Positions 27,699 to 40,968 of a DNA stretch of 64,000 bases are shown one piece after another; position 1 is the stretch's first letter; each line of letters begins with the position of its first letter. The DNA comes from Mobula hypostoma (lineage: Eukaryota). The translations under genes and the position numbers were made by a program. Below the pieces are notes generated by a model, which saw nothing but the letters and a program-made list of their open reading frames with translations, did not search any database and was not told where the DNA came from. The stretch lies in assembly GCF_963921235.1 (NCBI RefSeq), contig NC_086097.1, positions 69,256,001 to 69,320,000 on the forward strand, in the 5' to 3' direction.

Positions 27699-29691
27699 TA
27701 TTGAGCTTTGATGGAGCAAGTACAGCCAAATTATTTCCGTGGCTGTATAATCATAAAACAAAGCAACCTACAAAGAATGAGGAAAATGGAGATTTATTTC
27801 CTCTCAAAGAGGCTTTAGATAGCAAGAACGTGAAATAAAGTGGCATAATAACTTTGCAAAGATAATTGAACATCTACTTGAAGATAACAAATTTACAGAG
27901 TGTGGGGATGTAGGACTATGTTAGAGACCATTTTCAAAGTTCCAGCACGTGCATATTAAGCAGAATAGCTTGCTTGTATGCAGTTGAATTATATAAATTA
28001 TAAATTAAGACAAAAACATTGACAATAGCTAGAAAAGGGAATAAAAAACTTGGGAGGAATCTATTGATGAATATTTTATTTATTCTTAACTGGAAGAATA
28101 AACCAGCTTGTACAGACTCTTCTTATAAATGGATACTGATACTATTGTGCAATGAAATGAGGAAATAGCAGGCTTACTGAATAATTACATCATCTCATTC
28201 TTCAGTCAATAAAAAGGAAAATATGCCTGAATCCCAAGGAAACTGATTGATGGCTTAGATCTTCCATTGACCATCCTCCAGAGCATACTCCAGCATGGTG
28301 TCGGCACAGTTTTCCATTGGGATGTCAACTCCCAGCCAATTAGTGAATCCCAGCATGTATAGAGCACAGGGCCTCTCTCAGCAGCTTTACTCCCAGAAAG
28401 ACTTTGGCATTCTGTAACAGCCTGCTCCAGGTTCACTGGCTGTCAAAGCTGATTTTTTTTCCCATATGTTAATGGAAATCTTTCATAACCATAATTTAAG
28501 AAGACTGGTACAATTTCTTTCAATTAAAGGAAAAATAAATTGGTACAATTTTTAAAAATTGAAACACTGAAAAAAGTAGATATGTTTAAACTAACAAAAT
28601 TAAACAAAATAAATGTGTCTATTTACCATTTCCTCCCTCCACAGCTGTTTCGCTCCAACCATTACAAGGCAATTTAACAGGTGTGTTCTAGGGCTTATGG
28701 TTAACTGGAGCATAGATTGCACTGAGAAGTCCCAAGTTTCTACTCAATTAAATGCTTAAAAGGTGGTAAATCTGAGCCAATCTGCTGGCTTCAAGTAAAA
28801 GACTGGCCCAAATAAATTGAGAGAACACTAAATAAACCAACTGAAATAAATAGAAAGAAACAGCTATTGGTAAAATAGTAAAGAAACTTTGTTTTTCTTA
28901 ATTAAGATTGCTTTATTATATCAATTTTAACCATATAATATTATCTTAATGCTTTCATTTTTAAATAAAAGCATTAAAAATGGCATATCACCAGTCCCAA
29001 AGGTAGACTAGAAATCTGCAGCTGCTTTAGCCAAAATGTTTCACAACTTTACTTATCTGAGAATTGGATTTTACCATGATACAGACAATTCCATTATTTC
29101 AGAAAGTTGAGGAGGATGAGAACAAGAACATGAGATCTGTTAATCCAACATTCGTCAGAAATAAACTTTTGACTACAAGGATGGGGTGGCTGAGTATTGA
29201 GAAAAACATGAGCTGATTAGAAAGTCAGCATAGATTTTAAAAGGTTGGCTGTGTCTAACAAATAAATTTGAATTTTTGAAAAATTAACTAAAGCAGTAAA
29301 GTGTGGAGTATTTATGCCTGCCATCAGATTCCACAAAATAAATTGTTAGCTGAAATAATTAAGGAATTTAAGGGAGATTATTCGCCTGATTAGGCATCCA
29401 TCTGTACGTTACACATACAATAAATAGATGGATGCTTAAAACTTGTTCATCTTGATTCCATCCTCTGAATAGCTGCTGCAATTTGTCCCAGTGTCCCATC
29501 GGACACCCCCAGATTCCAAAACACAGCAAAAAATGGAAAAGATTAGCTTTGAAATATTGTTTGGGCTGATTTCACTGTTTGTTATGTTAAAATGTGATCT
29601 GCATAACTTGTTACAGCAGCTGTCTGGTCATTACTGTCAGGAATCATGAGAAGGAAGTTTCAGTTTTATTGAACCCTCTCAATAGCACACA

Positions 29692-32050
29692 GATAATGCC
29701 ATCAATTCCATCATTCAGATCATTAACATATAACATGAAAAGTAGCGGACCCAACACAGACCCCTGTGGAATACCGCTAGTCACTGGCAGACAACCAGGA
29801 AAGGCCCCCCTTTATTCCCAGTCTTTGCCTCCTGCCAGTCAGCCTATCGTCTGTCCATGTAATACTATGAATTCTTACCTTGTTAAGCAGTCTCATGTAT
29901 AGCACCTTGTCAAAAGCCTTCTGAAAATCCAAGTCAGCAACATCCACTGACTCTCCTTTGACTACCCTGCCTGTTAGTTACTCAACAAACTCCAAAGATT
30001 TATCAAGGCAAAATTTCCTCTTAAGGAAACCATACTGACGTTGGTCTACTTTATCATGTGCCTCCAAGTAACCCAAAACCACATCCTTAAGGATCAACTC
30101 CAACATCATCACAACCACTGAAGTCAGGCTAAATGGCCTATAATATCTGTTTTTTGTCTCTCTCCCTTCTTAAAGAGTGTTGTGACATTTGCAATTTTCC
30201 AGTGCTCAGAAACCAACTCAGAAAATAACAATTCTTGAAAGATCAGTACTACCACATCTACAATCTTTCCATCTACCTCTTTCAGAACTCTAGGGTGGAC
30301 TCTATCTGGTCCAGGTGACTTATCTACCTTCAGACCTTGCAGCTTCATGAGCACCTTCTCCTTAGCAATAGTAGCTGCACTCACTTCTGCACCCCTGATG
30401 CACTCAAATTTCTGGCCTATTTCTGGTGCCTTCTACAATGAGCGCTGATGCAAAATATTTATTCAGTTTGTCTTCCATTTCTTTGTTCCCCATTACGATC
30501 ATAATTTTCCAGTGGTCCAATGTTCAACTCTTGACTCTCATTTATTCTTTTTATATCCGAAAAAAGTCTTTCATATCATTTATCTTACCTTCATATTTTA
30601 TCTTTTCTCTTTTTATTGCTTTTTTGTTGCCTTCTGTTAGTTTTTTTTAAAGTTCCAAACTTCCCACTAATTTTTGCTATATTGTATGCCCTCTCTTTTG
30701 CTTTTATGCTGTCTTTGATTTCCCTTGTCAGCTATGGTTCCCTCATCCTCCATTTAGAATGCTTTTTCTTTGGGATGAACAAATCTTTCATCCTCAATTG
30801 CTCCCACATACTCCAAAAAATGCTGCTCTACCATCATCCTTGCTAGTGTCCCCTTTCAATCAACTTTGGCCAGATCTTCTCTCATGCCTCTGTAATTCTC
30901 TTTACTCCACTATATACAACAGATTTTAGCTTCTCCCTCTCAGACTCTGGGTGAATTATATTGTATTATGATCAATGGCTCCTAAAGGTTCCTTTACCTT
31001 AATCTCCCTAATCACATCTGGCTCATTACACAAGACCCAATCTAGATTTGCCTTTTCCCTAGTAGACTCAATTATAAGCTGCTTTAAAAAGCCATCTCAT
31101 AGGCATTTTGCAATTTTCTTCCCTTGGGATCCAATACCAACCTGATTTTTCCAATCTATCTGCTGTACATAATGAAATCCCCCATGACCTTTGTAACGTT
31201 ACCCTTTTTACATATCTTGTCAGTCTCCCATTGTAATTTGTAACTCACATCCTAACTATGGTCAGAGCCTTATACATAACTCTCATCCTATGTCACTTAA
31301 ACCAACAAAGCCACACCACCCCCTCTGCCTACCTACCTGTCCTTTCAATATGATGTGCATCCTTAGATGTTAAGCTCCCAACTGTGATCTTTTGCCTAGT
31401 TATTCTCACAACATACTTGCAAATTTCCAATTGCACTTGAAGATAATTTACCTTATTACGTATATTGTGTGCATTCAAACAAAACACCTTCAGCCTCCAT
31501 GACTCCAAATATAAAACCTTCAGTTTTCACCACCCTTTTCAATTTGTCTCCATGTTACCTGAAGTTAAATTCTTAACCTTTTCTGAACTTTTTACCTTAT
31601 TTATTATTATAGAGATTTCCTTAAGCTCTCATGCACCGTCTTTCCCTTTTACTTTTTCAAGGTATCAACCCCATCCTCACGTAGTATTTCATTCAAAACA
31701 CTATCCACAGTCCTAGTTGCTGTATGCAATTCACTAGAACCCTGGTCCCAGTATGAATCAGATCGAGCCCATCCCATCAGAACAGCTCCTCCTTTCCCAA
31801 AACTGCTGCCGATATCCCATGAATTTAAACTCACTTGCCTCACACCAATCTTTGAGCCATGCATTCAGCACTCTGATCTCAGTAAGCCTATGCCAATCTG
31901 CAGGTGACTAAGGTAACAATCCAGAGATGATTACCTTTTTTTGTTCTGCATTTTAATTTAGTCCCTAGCTGCTCAAATTCTCTCGGCAGAACCTCTTTGC
32001 TTGTTCTTCCTATGTCATTGGTGCCACATGAACCACGACAATCAGATCTA
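29692..32050 (-). mobile_element. Old degraded CR1 LINE
   Basis: Minus ORF 30124-30384 (LKVDKSPGPDRVHPRVLKE...WKIANVTTLFKKG); eroded APE and ORF1 remnants up to about 32050. Confidence 0.8.
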
Positions 32051-32054
32051 TACT

Positions 32055-32640
32055 TACTCAAGTCCTACACCACCCGATTCAAGAATAGCTACTTGCCTTC
32101 AACCATTCAGTTCTTGAACCAACCAGAAAAACTATAAACAATGCAGTTTAGCAACACTCTGTACTAAAATGGATTTGGTCTTTTTTATTGATCTGTATTG
32201 TAAAAATTGTGCAAATTGCTTTACTTGTGAATGGTGCTTATATGAGGCAATATAACATTATACGTGGCACCACACCAGCGTAGCGATTATTACAGCTTGA
32301 GGCATTCCGGAGTTCAGAGGTCCATTCCAGCACCATTCTGTAGACCGTCTCGCTATGTCCTCCCAGTGGAATGCGTGAGTTTTCCCCAGGTGCTCTGTTC
32401 CCCCCCACCACCACCACCACCGCAGTCCAAGTACGTACCATGTAGATTAATTGGCCATTGTAAATTGTCCCGTGATTAGGTTAGGATTAATTAGGCTTGT
32501 GGGGTTGCTGGGTCGAAGGCCCCACTCCGCACTCTTTCGCTAAGTAAACAAACAAATGCCCATAAGGCTGTTGCAAGCAAGTTTTTCATTGCACCTCTGC
32601 ACCTCTGCATACATGTACCGGTGCATAAGACAATAAACAC
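32055..32640 (+). mobile_element. Rex-type LINE 3' remnant carrying a SINE insertion
   Basis: ACCACCCGATTCAAGAATAGCTAC...CCATTCAGTTCTTGAAC terminus and GACAATAAAC polyA region. Confidence 0.5.
32263..32557 (+). mobile_element. tRNA-derived V-SINE/HE1-like SINE
   Basis: GAGTTCAGAG...TCC head, TTTCCCCAGGTGCTC core, TTAATTGG..ATTGTAAATTGTCCC and an (AAAC)n tail; similar to 56942-57240. Confidence 0.7.
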
Positions 32641-33769
32641 CTTCTCAACTGATCAGCAACCTCAGAGTACAATGTGTCGAGTAATCTCTGAGGCGCCATA
32701 CACATATATACACAACACCAAAGTTCAAGTTTAGCCATATCCATACTACTCTGGCCTTCATAACTGACAGAATGTTTTGGCCATGAGAGATGTATAAAGT
32801 AGAATGTTACCAGGCCTTGAAGGGTTAAATTATGAGAGCTAATAACAGAGCAGCTTGTTATTTCCAAGGATACAGAAGATTAAAAAATGATATAATTGGA
32901 CTTTTAAGGGTTTCAGTTGAAAGGTTAGTTTGTTTTCTCTCTTGGTCTGAGGTCAGGACTAACAGGAAACACTAAATGCTTAAGGTAATGTACAAATCAG
33001 GTAATCCCTTGGGGAGAAACAGTATAAATAGGATTTGAATTGATAACCTTACAAAAGGATGTTAATGATGTAAAGGTATTTAAGTACATAGTGGAATAGA
33101 AGGTCTGAACTAAGGCATTCCCGATTTTGGACCAGAGCGGTGGGCAGCTGTGGCCTATAGCCTTAATGCACCATGCAGGACCTCACCAGTCCCTGACCCT
33201 ACAACGTGAAGACACCATTCATTTCTAAAGGTGTGCTGAGTGCTCGCAGCATCCGAGTCACAAATACTCCATGGTTACCCTCCACCATAATTGCCTGGTT
33301 ATTGCAGTCTTTCAGTTCCTTGTGACCCAGTGATCGACAGCTGAAGACACTCTCTCTTACCATAGAACATGTCACAATGGGCAAAGATGGAGGTTGCTGC
33401 CATTGCCTCCCTCTTGCACAGAGTAAAGCCGCACACTCTGCAATCAAACCTCACATGAAACTACCTCACATTGTTCACGTGTTCCTGGAGGAGACCATCT
33501 CACTTGCCCTCTCAAATATTGAGCTTGTCTAAATTCTTGCCTCAATTAGTTCGCCTGTCAACCAAACCCAGACTGAAATGAAAATATCTTGAAGTTGCTC
33601 TCCTTCGCCAGTATCTTTAATCCAATCATAAATCACTGATCATTTTTGTTGGACTTGCCAAGTGTATACATCAATTCAGAACTCCAGATTAAAGATTCAG
33701 ATTTATTTATCACATGTACATGGAAACAAAGTGAAATGCATCATTTGCATTTACAACTAATACACTTTC

Positions 33770-33886
33770 TTACTCTGGCTCCTCATCTTTTATTCCAGTC
33801 TTGCCTCGGCCCGAAATGCCAACTGTACTCTTTTCCACAGATGCTGCCTGGCCTGCTGGGTTCCTCCAGCATTTTGTGTGTGTAAC
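33770..33886 (+). mobile_element. Penelope-like terminal fragment, hammerhead core partly deleted
   Basis: CCAGTC...CTCGGCCCGAAATGCCAACTGTAC...GATGCTGCCTGGCCTGCTG...CCAGCATTTTGTGTG matches 40238-40340. Confidence 0.7.
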
Positions 33887-33951
33887 TAACACATCTAATA
33901 ACTTTTATTTAACAAATGTTGCAACACATTCTGATGCATGCCCACGATGTT

Positions 33952-36733
33952 CATAGAAACATAGAAACATAGAAAATAGGTGCAGGAGTAGGCCATTCGG
34001 CCCTTCAAGCCTGCACCACTATTCAGTATGATCATGGCTGATCATCCAACTCAGAACCCTGTACCAGCCTTCCCCCGTATACCCCCTGATCCCTTTAGCC
34101 ACAAGGGCCATATCTAACTCCCTCTTAAATATAGCCAATGAACTGGCCTCAACTGTTTCCTGTGGCAGAGAATTCCACAGATTCACCACTCTCTGTGTGA
34201 AGAAGTTTTTTCCTAATCTCAGTCCTAAAAGGCTTCCCCTTTATCCTCAAACTGTGACCCCTCGTTCTGCACTTCCCCAACATCGGGAACAATCTTCCTG
34301 CATCTAGCCTGTCCAATCCCTTTAGGATTTTATACGTCTCAATAAGATCCCCCCTCAATCTTCTAAATTCCAGAGAGTATCCAGTCTTTCATCATATGAA
34401 AGTCCTGCCATCCCAGGAATCAATCTGGTGAACCTTCTTTGTACCCCCTCTATGGCAAGGATGTCTTTCCTCAGATTAGGGGACCAAAACTGCACACAAT
34501 ACTCCAGGTGTGGTCTCACCAAGGCCTTGTACAACTGCAGTAGTACCTCCCTGCTCCTGTACTTGAATCCTCTTGCTATGAATGCCAGCATACCATTCGC
34601 CTTTTTCACCGCCTGCTGTACCTGCATGCCCACTTTCAGTGACTGGTGTATAATGACACCCAGGTCTCGTTGCACTTCCCCTTTTCCTAATCAGCCACCA
34701 CTCAGATAAAAATCTGTTTTCCTGTTTTTGCCACCAAAGTGGATAACCTCACATTTATCCACATTAAATTGCATCTGCCATGAATTTGCCCACTCACCTA
34801 ACCTATCCAAGTCACCCTGCATCCTCTTAGCATCCTCCTCACAGTTAACACTGCCGCCCAGCTTCGTGTCATCCGCAAACTTGGAGATGCTGCATTTAAT
34901 TCCCTCATCTAAGTCATTAATATGTATTGTAAACAAGTGGGGTCCCAGCACTGAGCCTTGCAGTATCCCACTAGTCACTGCCTGCCATTCTGAAAAGGTC
35001 CCGTTTATTCCCACTCTTTGCTTCCTGTCTGCCACCAATTCTCTATCCACATCAATACCATACCCCCAATACCATGTGCTTTAAGTTTGCACACTAATCT
35101 CCTGTGTGGGACCTTGTCAAAAGCCTTTTGAAAATCCATATATATCACATCCACCTGTTCTCCCCTATCCACTCTACTAATTACATCCTCAAAAGATTCT
35201 ATGAGATTCGTCAGACATGATTTTCCTTTCACAAATCCATGCTGACTTTGTCCGATCATTTCACTGCTTTCCAAATGTGCTGTTATCACATCCTTGATAA
35301 CTGACTCCAGCAGTTTCCCCACCACCGATGTTAGGCTAACCGGTCTATAGTTCCCCGGTTTCTCTCTCCCTCCTTTGTTAAAAAGTGGGGTTACATTAGC
35401 CACTCTCCAATCCTCAGGAACTAGTCCAGAATCTAAAGAGTTTTGAAAAATTGTCACTAATGCATCCACTATTTCTTGGGCTACTTCTTTAAGCACTCTG
35501 GGATGCAGACCATCTGGCCCTGGGGATTTATCTGCCTTTAATCCCTTCAATTTACCTAACACCACTTCCCTACTAACATGTATTTCCCTCAGTTTCTCCA
35601 CCTCACTGGACCCTCTGTCCCCTACTACTTCAGAAGATTATTTATGTCCTCCTTAGTGAAAACAGAACCAAAGTAATTATTCAATTGGTCTGCCATGTCC
35701 TTTCTCCCCATAATCAATTCATCTGTTTCTGTCTGTAGGGGACCTACATTTGTCTTAACCAATCTTTTTCTTTTCACATATCTATACAAGCTTTTACAGT
35801 CAGTTTTTATGTTCCCTGCCAGTTTTCTCTCATAATCTTTTTTCCCCTTCCTGATTAAGCCCTTTGTCCTCCTCTGCTGGACTCTGAATTTCTCCCAGTC
35901 CTCAGGTGAGCCACTTTTTCTGGCTAATTTGTATGCTTCTTCTTTGGAATTGATACTATCCCTAATTTCCCTCGTCAGCCACAGGTGCCTACCTTCCTTG
36001 ATTTATTCTTTTGCCAAACTGGGATGAACAATTGTTGTAGTTCATCCATGCGATCATTAAATGCTTGCCATTGCATATCCACTGTCAACCCTTTAAGTGT
36101 CATTTGCCAGTCTACCTTAACTAATTCACGTCTCATACCTTCCAAGTTACCCTTCTTTAAGTTCAGAACCTTTGTTTCTGAATTAACTATGTCACTCTCC
36201 ATCTTAATGAAGAATTCTGCCATATTGTGGTCACTCTTACCCAAGGGGCCTCTCACGACAAGATTGCTAATTAACCCTTCCTCATTGCTCAATGCCCAGT
36301 CTAGAATAGCCTGCTCTCTAGTTGGTTCCTCGATATGTTGGTTCAAAAAACCATCCCGCATACATTCCAAGCAATCCTCTTCCTCAGCACGCTTACCAAT
36401 TTGGTAAACCCAATCTATATGTAGATTGAAGTCACCCATTATAACTGCCATTCCTTTATTGCACACATTTCTAATTTCCTGTTTAATACCATCCCCAACC
36501 TCGCTACTACTGTTAGGTGGCCTGTACACAACTCCCACCAGCGTTTTCTGCCCCTTAGTGTTATGCAGCTCTACCCATATCCATTCCACATCCTCCCGGC
36601 TAATGTCCTTCCTTTCTATTGCGTTAATCTCCTCTCTAACCAGCAATGCTACCCCACCTCCTTTTCTTTCATGTCCATCCCTCCTGAACATTGAATATCC
36701 CTGAATGTCGAACTCCCATCCTTGGTCATCCTG
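33952..36733 (-). mobile_element. CR1 LINE ORF2 (APE and RT), 5'-truncated, same family as 17641-21208
   Basis: ORFs 35975-36781, 35005-35601, 34691-35050 (FADD) and 34355-34675; (TATGTTTC)n tail. Confidence 0.93.
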
Positions 36734-36734
36734 G

Positions 36735-37283
36735 GCAACACAAGCCAACAATGGCAACAAAGCTAGCTCCTTCACACCCACTCACTAACACACACCGACA
36801 GGTCTCCAACAGCAGAACAGGCCGCCTCCGAGCCTCCAGGGCATCTACCCCAGGCACCGCAGAGCTTGGACTTCAACCTTCAGGTTTCTACCTCTGGACA
36901 TCGACCTTCGGAAATCAACGTCTGGGTATTGAAACCAAGGCTTCCTGATCACGGGTTTCGACTTTTAGACTGGTACAGACCCTGCAACCCCTGGTGACGG
37001 GTGGGAGTGGATGACCTCCAGGACTTGGGGATCACTGGTCTCCTCAGCACCCGACCTCCGGGATTGCTAACCTTATATCACGGAGCGCTCTGACCTGGAC
37101 TCTGAACACCGGCTCGTGCCTACACTATTCATTTTCTGCCCCAGCTTCGAATTCCCCCTCTTCCATGTCCCTTAACCCTAACACTCAGTGCAACGCCCAA
37201 AACCAGCTCGACAAACCTAAAAAAAAACACACTACTAAGGTTCAGGCAGGACAGCTACGGACATTGCAGTTTGGCACCGTCTT
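36735..37283 (-). mobile_element. Probable GC-rich retroposon 5' UTR fragment
   Basis: Minus strand begins AAGACGGTGCC, resembling the AAGATGG(C/T)G starts of other elements here; non-coding. Confidence 0.35.
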
Positions 37284-37304
37284 TACAATTCAAAGAACTT
37301 CAAA

Positions 37305-37675
37305 CTTCTTGGAGAATCCACTGCACAGGATCAGAAAAAAACTACAGAAAACTGTAAACTCAGGCAGTTTCATGACGAGCACCAGTCATCAGCATCCAGG
37401 ACATTTTCAAGACGCGACGCCTCAAAAAGGCGTTAACCACGATTAAAGAAGGACCCCCTTACCCACAACATGCCCCTTCTCATTGCTACCATCAGGAAGG
37501 AGGGTACATGAGACACACATTAAATGTTTCAGGAACAGCCTCTTCCCCTCCACCATCAGATTTCTGAATGGATAATAAACCCATGTACACTTCCTTATTG
37601 CTTTTCCCTCTCTTTTTCCACTACTTACTTAATTTATTTTTTTCTTTTTTAAATATACTTATTGTAATTTAGGGT
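37305..37675 (+). mobile_element. Rex-type LINE 3' remnant
   Basis: ACTGCACAGGATCAGAAAAAACTACAGAAA, CTACCATCAGGAAGGAGG and TTCAGGAACAGC motifs, eroded. Confidence 0.6.
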
Positions 37676-37915
37676 GATGCCAGCAGGCTCAATAAACTGA
37701 TTAGTTATAGGAATCAAATTGGACACACTGGAGGCTGTGGTAGAACAAAGGACCCACCGGTATATCTAGCAATTCTGGACAATGTTTCTCACCCTTTGCA
37801 TGCCACCTTGGCTGAACAGAGGAGCACTTTTAATAATAGACTAAAAGAACTGAGCTACTCCAACGCTCACTCTGTGAGGTAATTCTTAGCTTCGGCCATC
37901 AGGCTCTGTAATGAA

Positions 37916-40342
37916 GAGAAAATCTGCAGATGCTGGAAATCTGAGCAACACACATAAAATACTGAAGGAACACAGCAGGCCAAGCAGCATCTATGAAAAG
38001 GAGTACAGTCAACGTTTCAGGCTGAGACCCTTCAGCAGGACTGGAACAAAAAAGATGGGGAGTAGAGTTAAAAGGTGGGGGAGGGGAGGGAGAAACACAG
38101 GCAACAGGTGAAACCGGGAGGGGGTGTCATGGTCCGGATCGGGGTCCTTTAAATTTACCTTGTTTATGTTACGATCCGGACTGTTGATTCCCTGTTTTCC
38201 CATGTCCCTCGACTTTGGTGATTTGAGGCAATTAACACTCGGCTGAACCGGTAGTTTATAGTCTCCGGCTTTCAGCCGTTCGGTGCGGGAGCATCTGCAA
38301 AGTCACGACGTGCCAATGTCATCTGGCCGGAGCAAGCCTTGTCTCCGCCCGAAGCGAGTGCCAGTAATTCGCCCTTCCTCACCGGAGCAACCCTGTCCAG
38401 TTACCTCGCCGAAGCGAGCCTGCAAAATTTCCTCTTCAAGGTTGGTCCGTCAGTTAACCCACCGGAGAGAATCATGAGCCGCTGTCTACTGTTCCCGGGC
38501 CGAGTCGAGAGCTCGGCACTACCCAGAGGTTCCAAGCACCACGTCCTGGCTCCGGCGGCATCCGAGTACCATGTCAAGTCCTGGCCCTGGCGGCTTCCAG
38601 TTCTGAGCCTAGTCCTGGTCCTGGCGGTCTGTGTTTCCTGTCCTACCCCCTTGTCTGAATCCCTTCTCTGCCCCTCTCAACTCTAGCCCTCGTCTGCAGC
38701 CCCCACCTGCACTTCGGTCTAGTTCCATCGCCGGAGCTAGGTAGGTACTGTCTGGTGTTCATTCATGTTGGTCTTGTCTTGTCTTGTCCTCGCCTCCGTG
38801 GGGTAAGTCTGGCCGTCTTGCCATTGCCCCGCAGGGAGTCATGTCTCGTCTCGTCCTTGCCTCCGTGGGGTAAGTCAGGCCGTCTTGCCGTTGCCCCGCG
38901 GAATGTCATGAGTCCCAGCCCTATGTCTTGAAACCAAGGAGGGGTCCTGGCTCTCTGTTCTGTGTATGTGTCCAAGTTTCCATGTACCTGCTCTTCCGAG
39001 ACCGAGGCTCTGTTTTCCATGTTCCTCCTCTCCTTAGCCCATGTCATGTCCATGCCTGGTTCTGGGGTCCAAGCCCGAGGCAAGACCCAGGTACTGGGTC
39101 CTTGCCCAGTCTTGGGCTCGGAGTCCATACCCTAGCCTCTTCATGTCTCCTCTAGTTCTGGGAGCCGATTCCAAGTCCAAGCCCAGACCCTTGGTCCTGG
39201 CCTAGTCGTAGTCCTAAGTCCTTATCCTGTTCGCTATTCCTGCTTCTGTCTTGCTCTCCTGATATCGTACAATAAACTAAACCTAAGTAACCTCACATGA
39301 TGTGTCTTGCATTTGGGTCCACCCTTGCTCCCAATGTCCTGCCATTGTGACAGGGTGAGGGGTGAAGTGAAGAGCTGAGAAGTTGCTTGGTGAAAGAGAT
39401 ACACGGCTGGAGAAGGGGGAATCTAATAGGAGAGGACAGAAGCCATGGAAAAAGAAAAGGGGGGAGGAGCAGCAGAGGGAGGTGATGGGCAGGCAAGAAG
39501 ATGAGGTGAGAGAGGGATAAGGGGATAGGGAATGGTGAAGGAGAGGAGAGGATGAGCTATTACCAGAAGTTTGAAAAATTGATGTTCATTCCATCAGGTG
39601 GAAGGCTACCCAGACGGAATATAAAGTGTTGTTCCTCCAGCCTGAGTTGGCCTCATCACAACAGATCCCATTCCGATATGTAAAAAGTGGGTTCTCCCAG
39701 TGGCCATCCATTTTAATTACAATTCCTATTCCGATATGTGAAACAACGTAGATTGGAAGACCACTTCACCAAGCACCTACACTCCATCCGCCACAAAAAG
39801 CGGGATTTCCTAGTGGCCACCCACTTTAATTAAACTTCCTATTCCCATTCCAATATGTCTATCCATGGCATTCTCCACTGTCGTTATGAGCCCATACACA
39901 GGCTGGAGGAACAACACCTTATGTTCCATGTAGGTAGCCTCCAACCTGATGGCATGAACATCGATCTCTCAAACTTCCGGTAATACTCCACCACTCATCC
40001 CCTTTTCCCCTCCCTCACCTTATCTCCTTGCCTGCCCATCACCACCCTCCCCACTTCTTTCTTCCATGTCCTTCTGTTCTCTCCTATCAGACTCCCCCTT
40101 CTCCAGTCCTGTATCTCTTTCACCAATCAACTTCCCAGCTCTCTACTTCACCCCTTCCCTTCCTGGTTTCACCAATCACCTTGTGTTTCTCCCTCCTCTC
40201 CCCTTACCTTGTAACTTTACTCGCCATCTTTTTTTTCTCCAGTCCTGCTGAAGGGTCTTGGTCCAAAACATCGACTGTACTCTTTTCTATAGCTGCTGCT
40301 GTCTGGCTTGCTGAGTTCCTCCAGCACCTTGCGTGTGATGCT
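37916..40342. mobile_element. Penelope-like element: two inverted 3' ends, with GIY-YIG endonuclease C-terminus and hammerhead-like motif in each arm
   Basis: 39740-39983 (+) translates to ...HLHSIRHKKRDFLVATHFN...RLEEQHLMFHVGSLQPDGMNIDLSNFR*; an inverted copy spans 37916-38124 plus 39358-39665; degenerate 15-bp TSD at 37901-37915 and 40343-40357. Confidence 0.85.
38125..39352 (+). mobile_element. Solo LTR (TGTCA...TGACA) inserted in the Penelope arm
   Basis: Inverted termini; 5-bp TSD GGGGG/GGGTG; AATAAA at 39271; PLE sequence resumes after it; relative at 59975-61140. Confidence 0.8.
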
Positions 40343-40539
40343 AGGCTCTTCAGTGAATCAACCTGTAGCCAGGGATGTGATCTTGCAATCTTTGACTTGT
40401 AAATCTTATGCAGCCTATTTTTATTCTTTCTTACTTCTCTTTCAATATTTGTATATCTGTGCACTTACAATGCTACTGTGGTACTAATTTCCTGTGTGAT
40501 CAATAAAGTACCTATCTTATTATTATGTATTGCACTGTA

Positions 40540-40950
40540 CTTTCATCAAGGAATGAAAGGTTGAAGAGAAGTAATTGTTCTTGAACTTGATGATGTGGGA
40601 CTTGAGGCTTCGAATGGTAGATGGTATGATCCAGATGGTGGGGACCTATGATGATAGATGTTTCCTTCTTGAGGCAATGCATTCAGTAAGTTCTTCGGAT
40701 GGTATTGAAGACTGTACCTGTGATGGATCAGGCAGAACCCACCTCCCTGTGCAGCTTCTTGCGTTTCTGGGCGTTGGAATTGCCATAGCAGACCGTATGC
40801 AACCAGACAGGACACTTTCAACAGTACATCTGTAGAAGTTGGTTAGAGTGTTTGGTGATAAGCCAAACCTCCTAAGGAAGCAAAGCCACTGGGCACACTT
40901 TCTTTATGATTTCATCTAAAAGCTGGGCCCAGGATGGGTGATCTGATATG
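40540..40950 (-). mobile_element. Degraded Rex-type LINE fragment
   Basis: Similar to 6190-6600, e.g. ACAGTACATCTGTAGAAGTT and ATGCAACCAGACAGGAC. Confidence 0.55.
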
Positions 40951-40968
40951 TGTGGCTAGCCACATGTA

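Larger units (their letters stand above)
37676..40520 (+). mobile_element. LINE 3' fragment (37676-37915 plus 40343-40520) hosting the Penelope insertion
   Basis: ILDNVSHPLHA-like coding remnant; sequence continues across a degenerate duplication AGGCTCTnnnnTGAA; ends GATCAATAAAGTACCTATC. Confidence 0.6.

Noticed and set aside
33120..33530. GC-richer unique stretch with an 82-aa minus-strand ORF
   Set aside because: No recognisable protein or repeat signature, so it cannot be supported from sequence alone.
33952..36733. Apparent segmental duplication with 17641-20405
   Set aside because: Similarity is limited to the CR1 body; flanks and 5' truncation points differ, so these are independent insertions.
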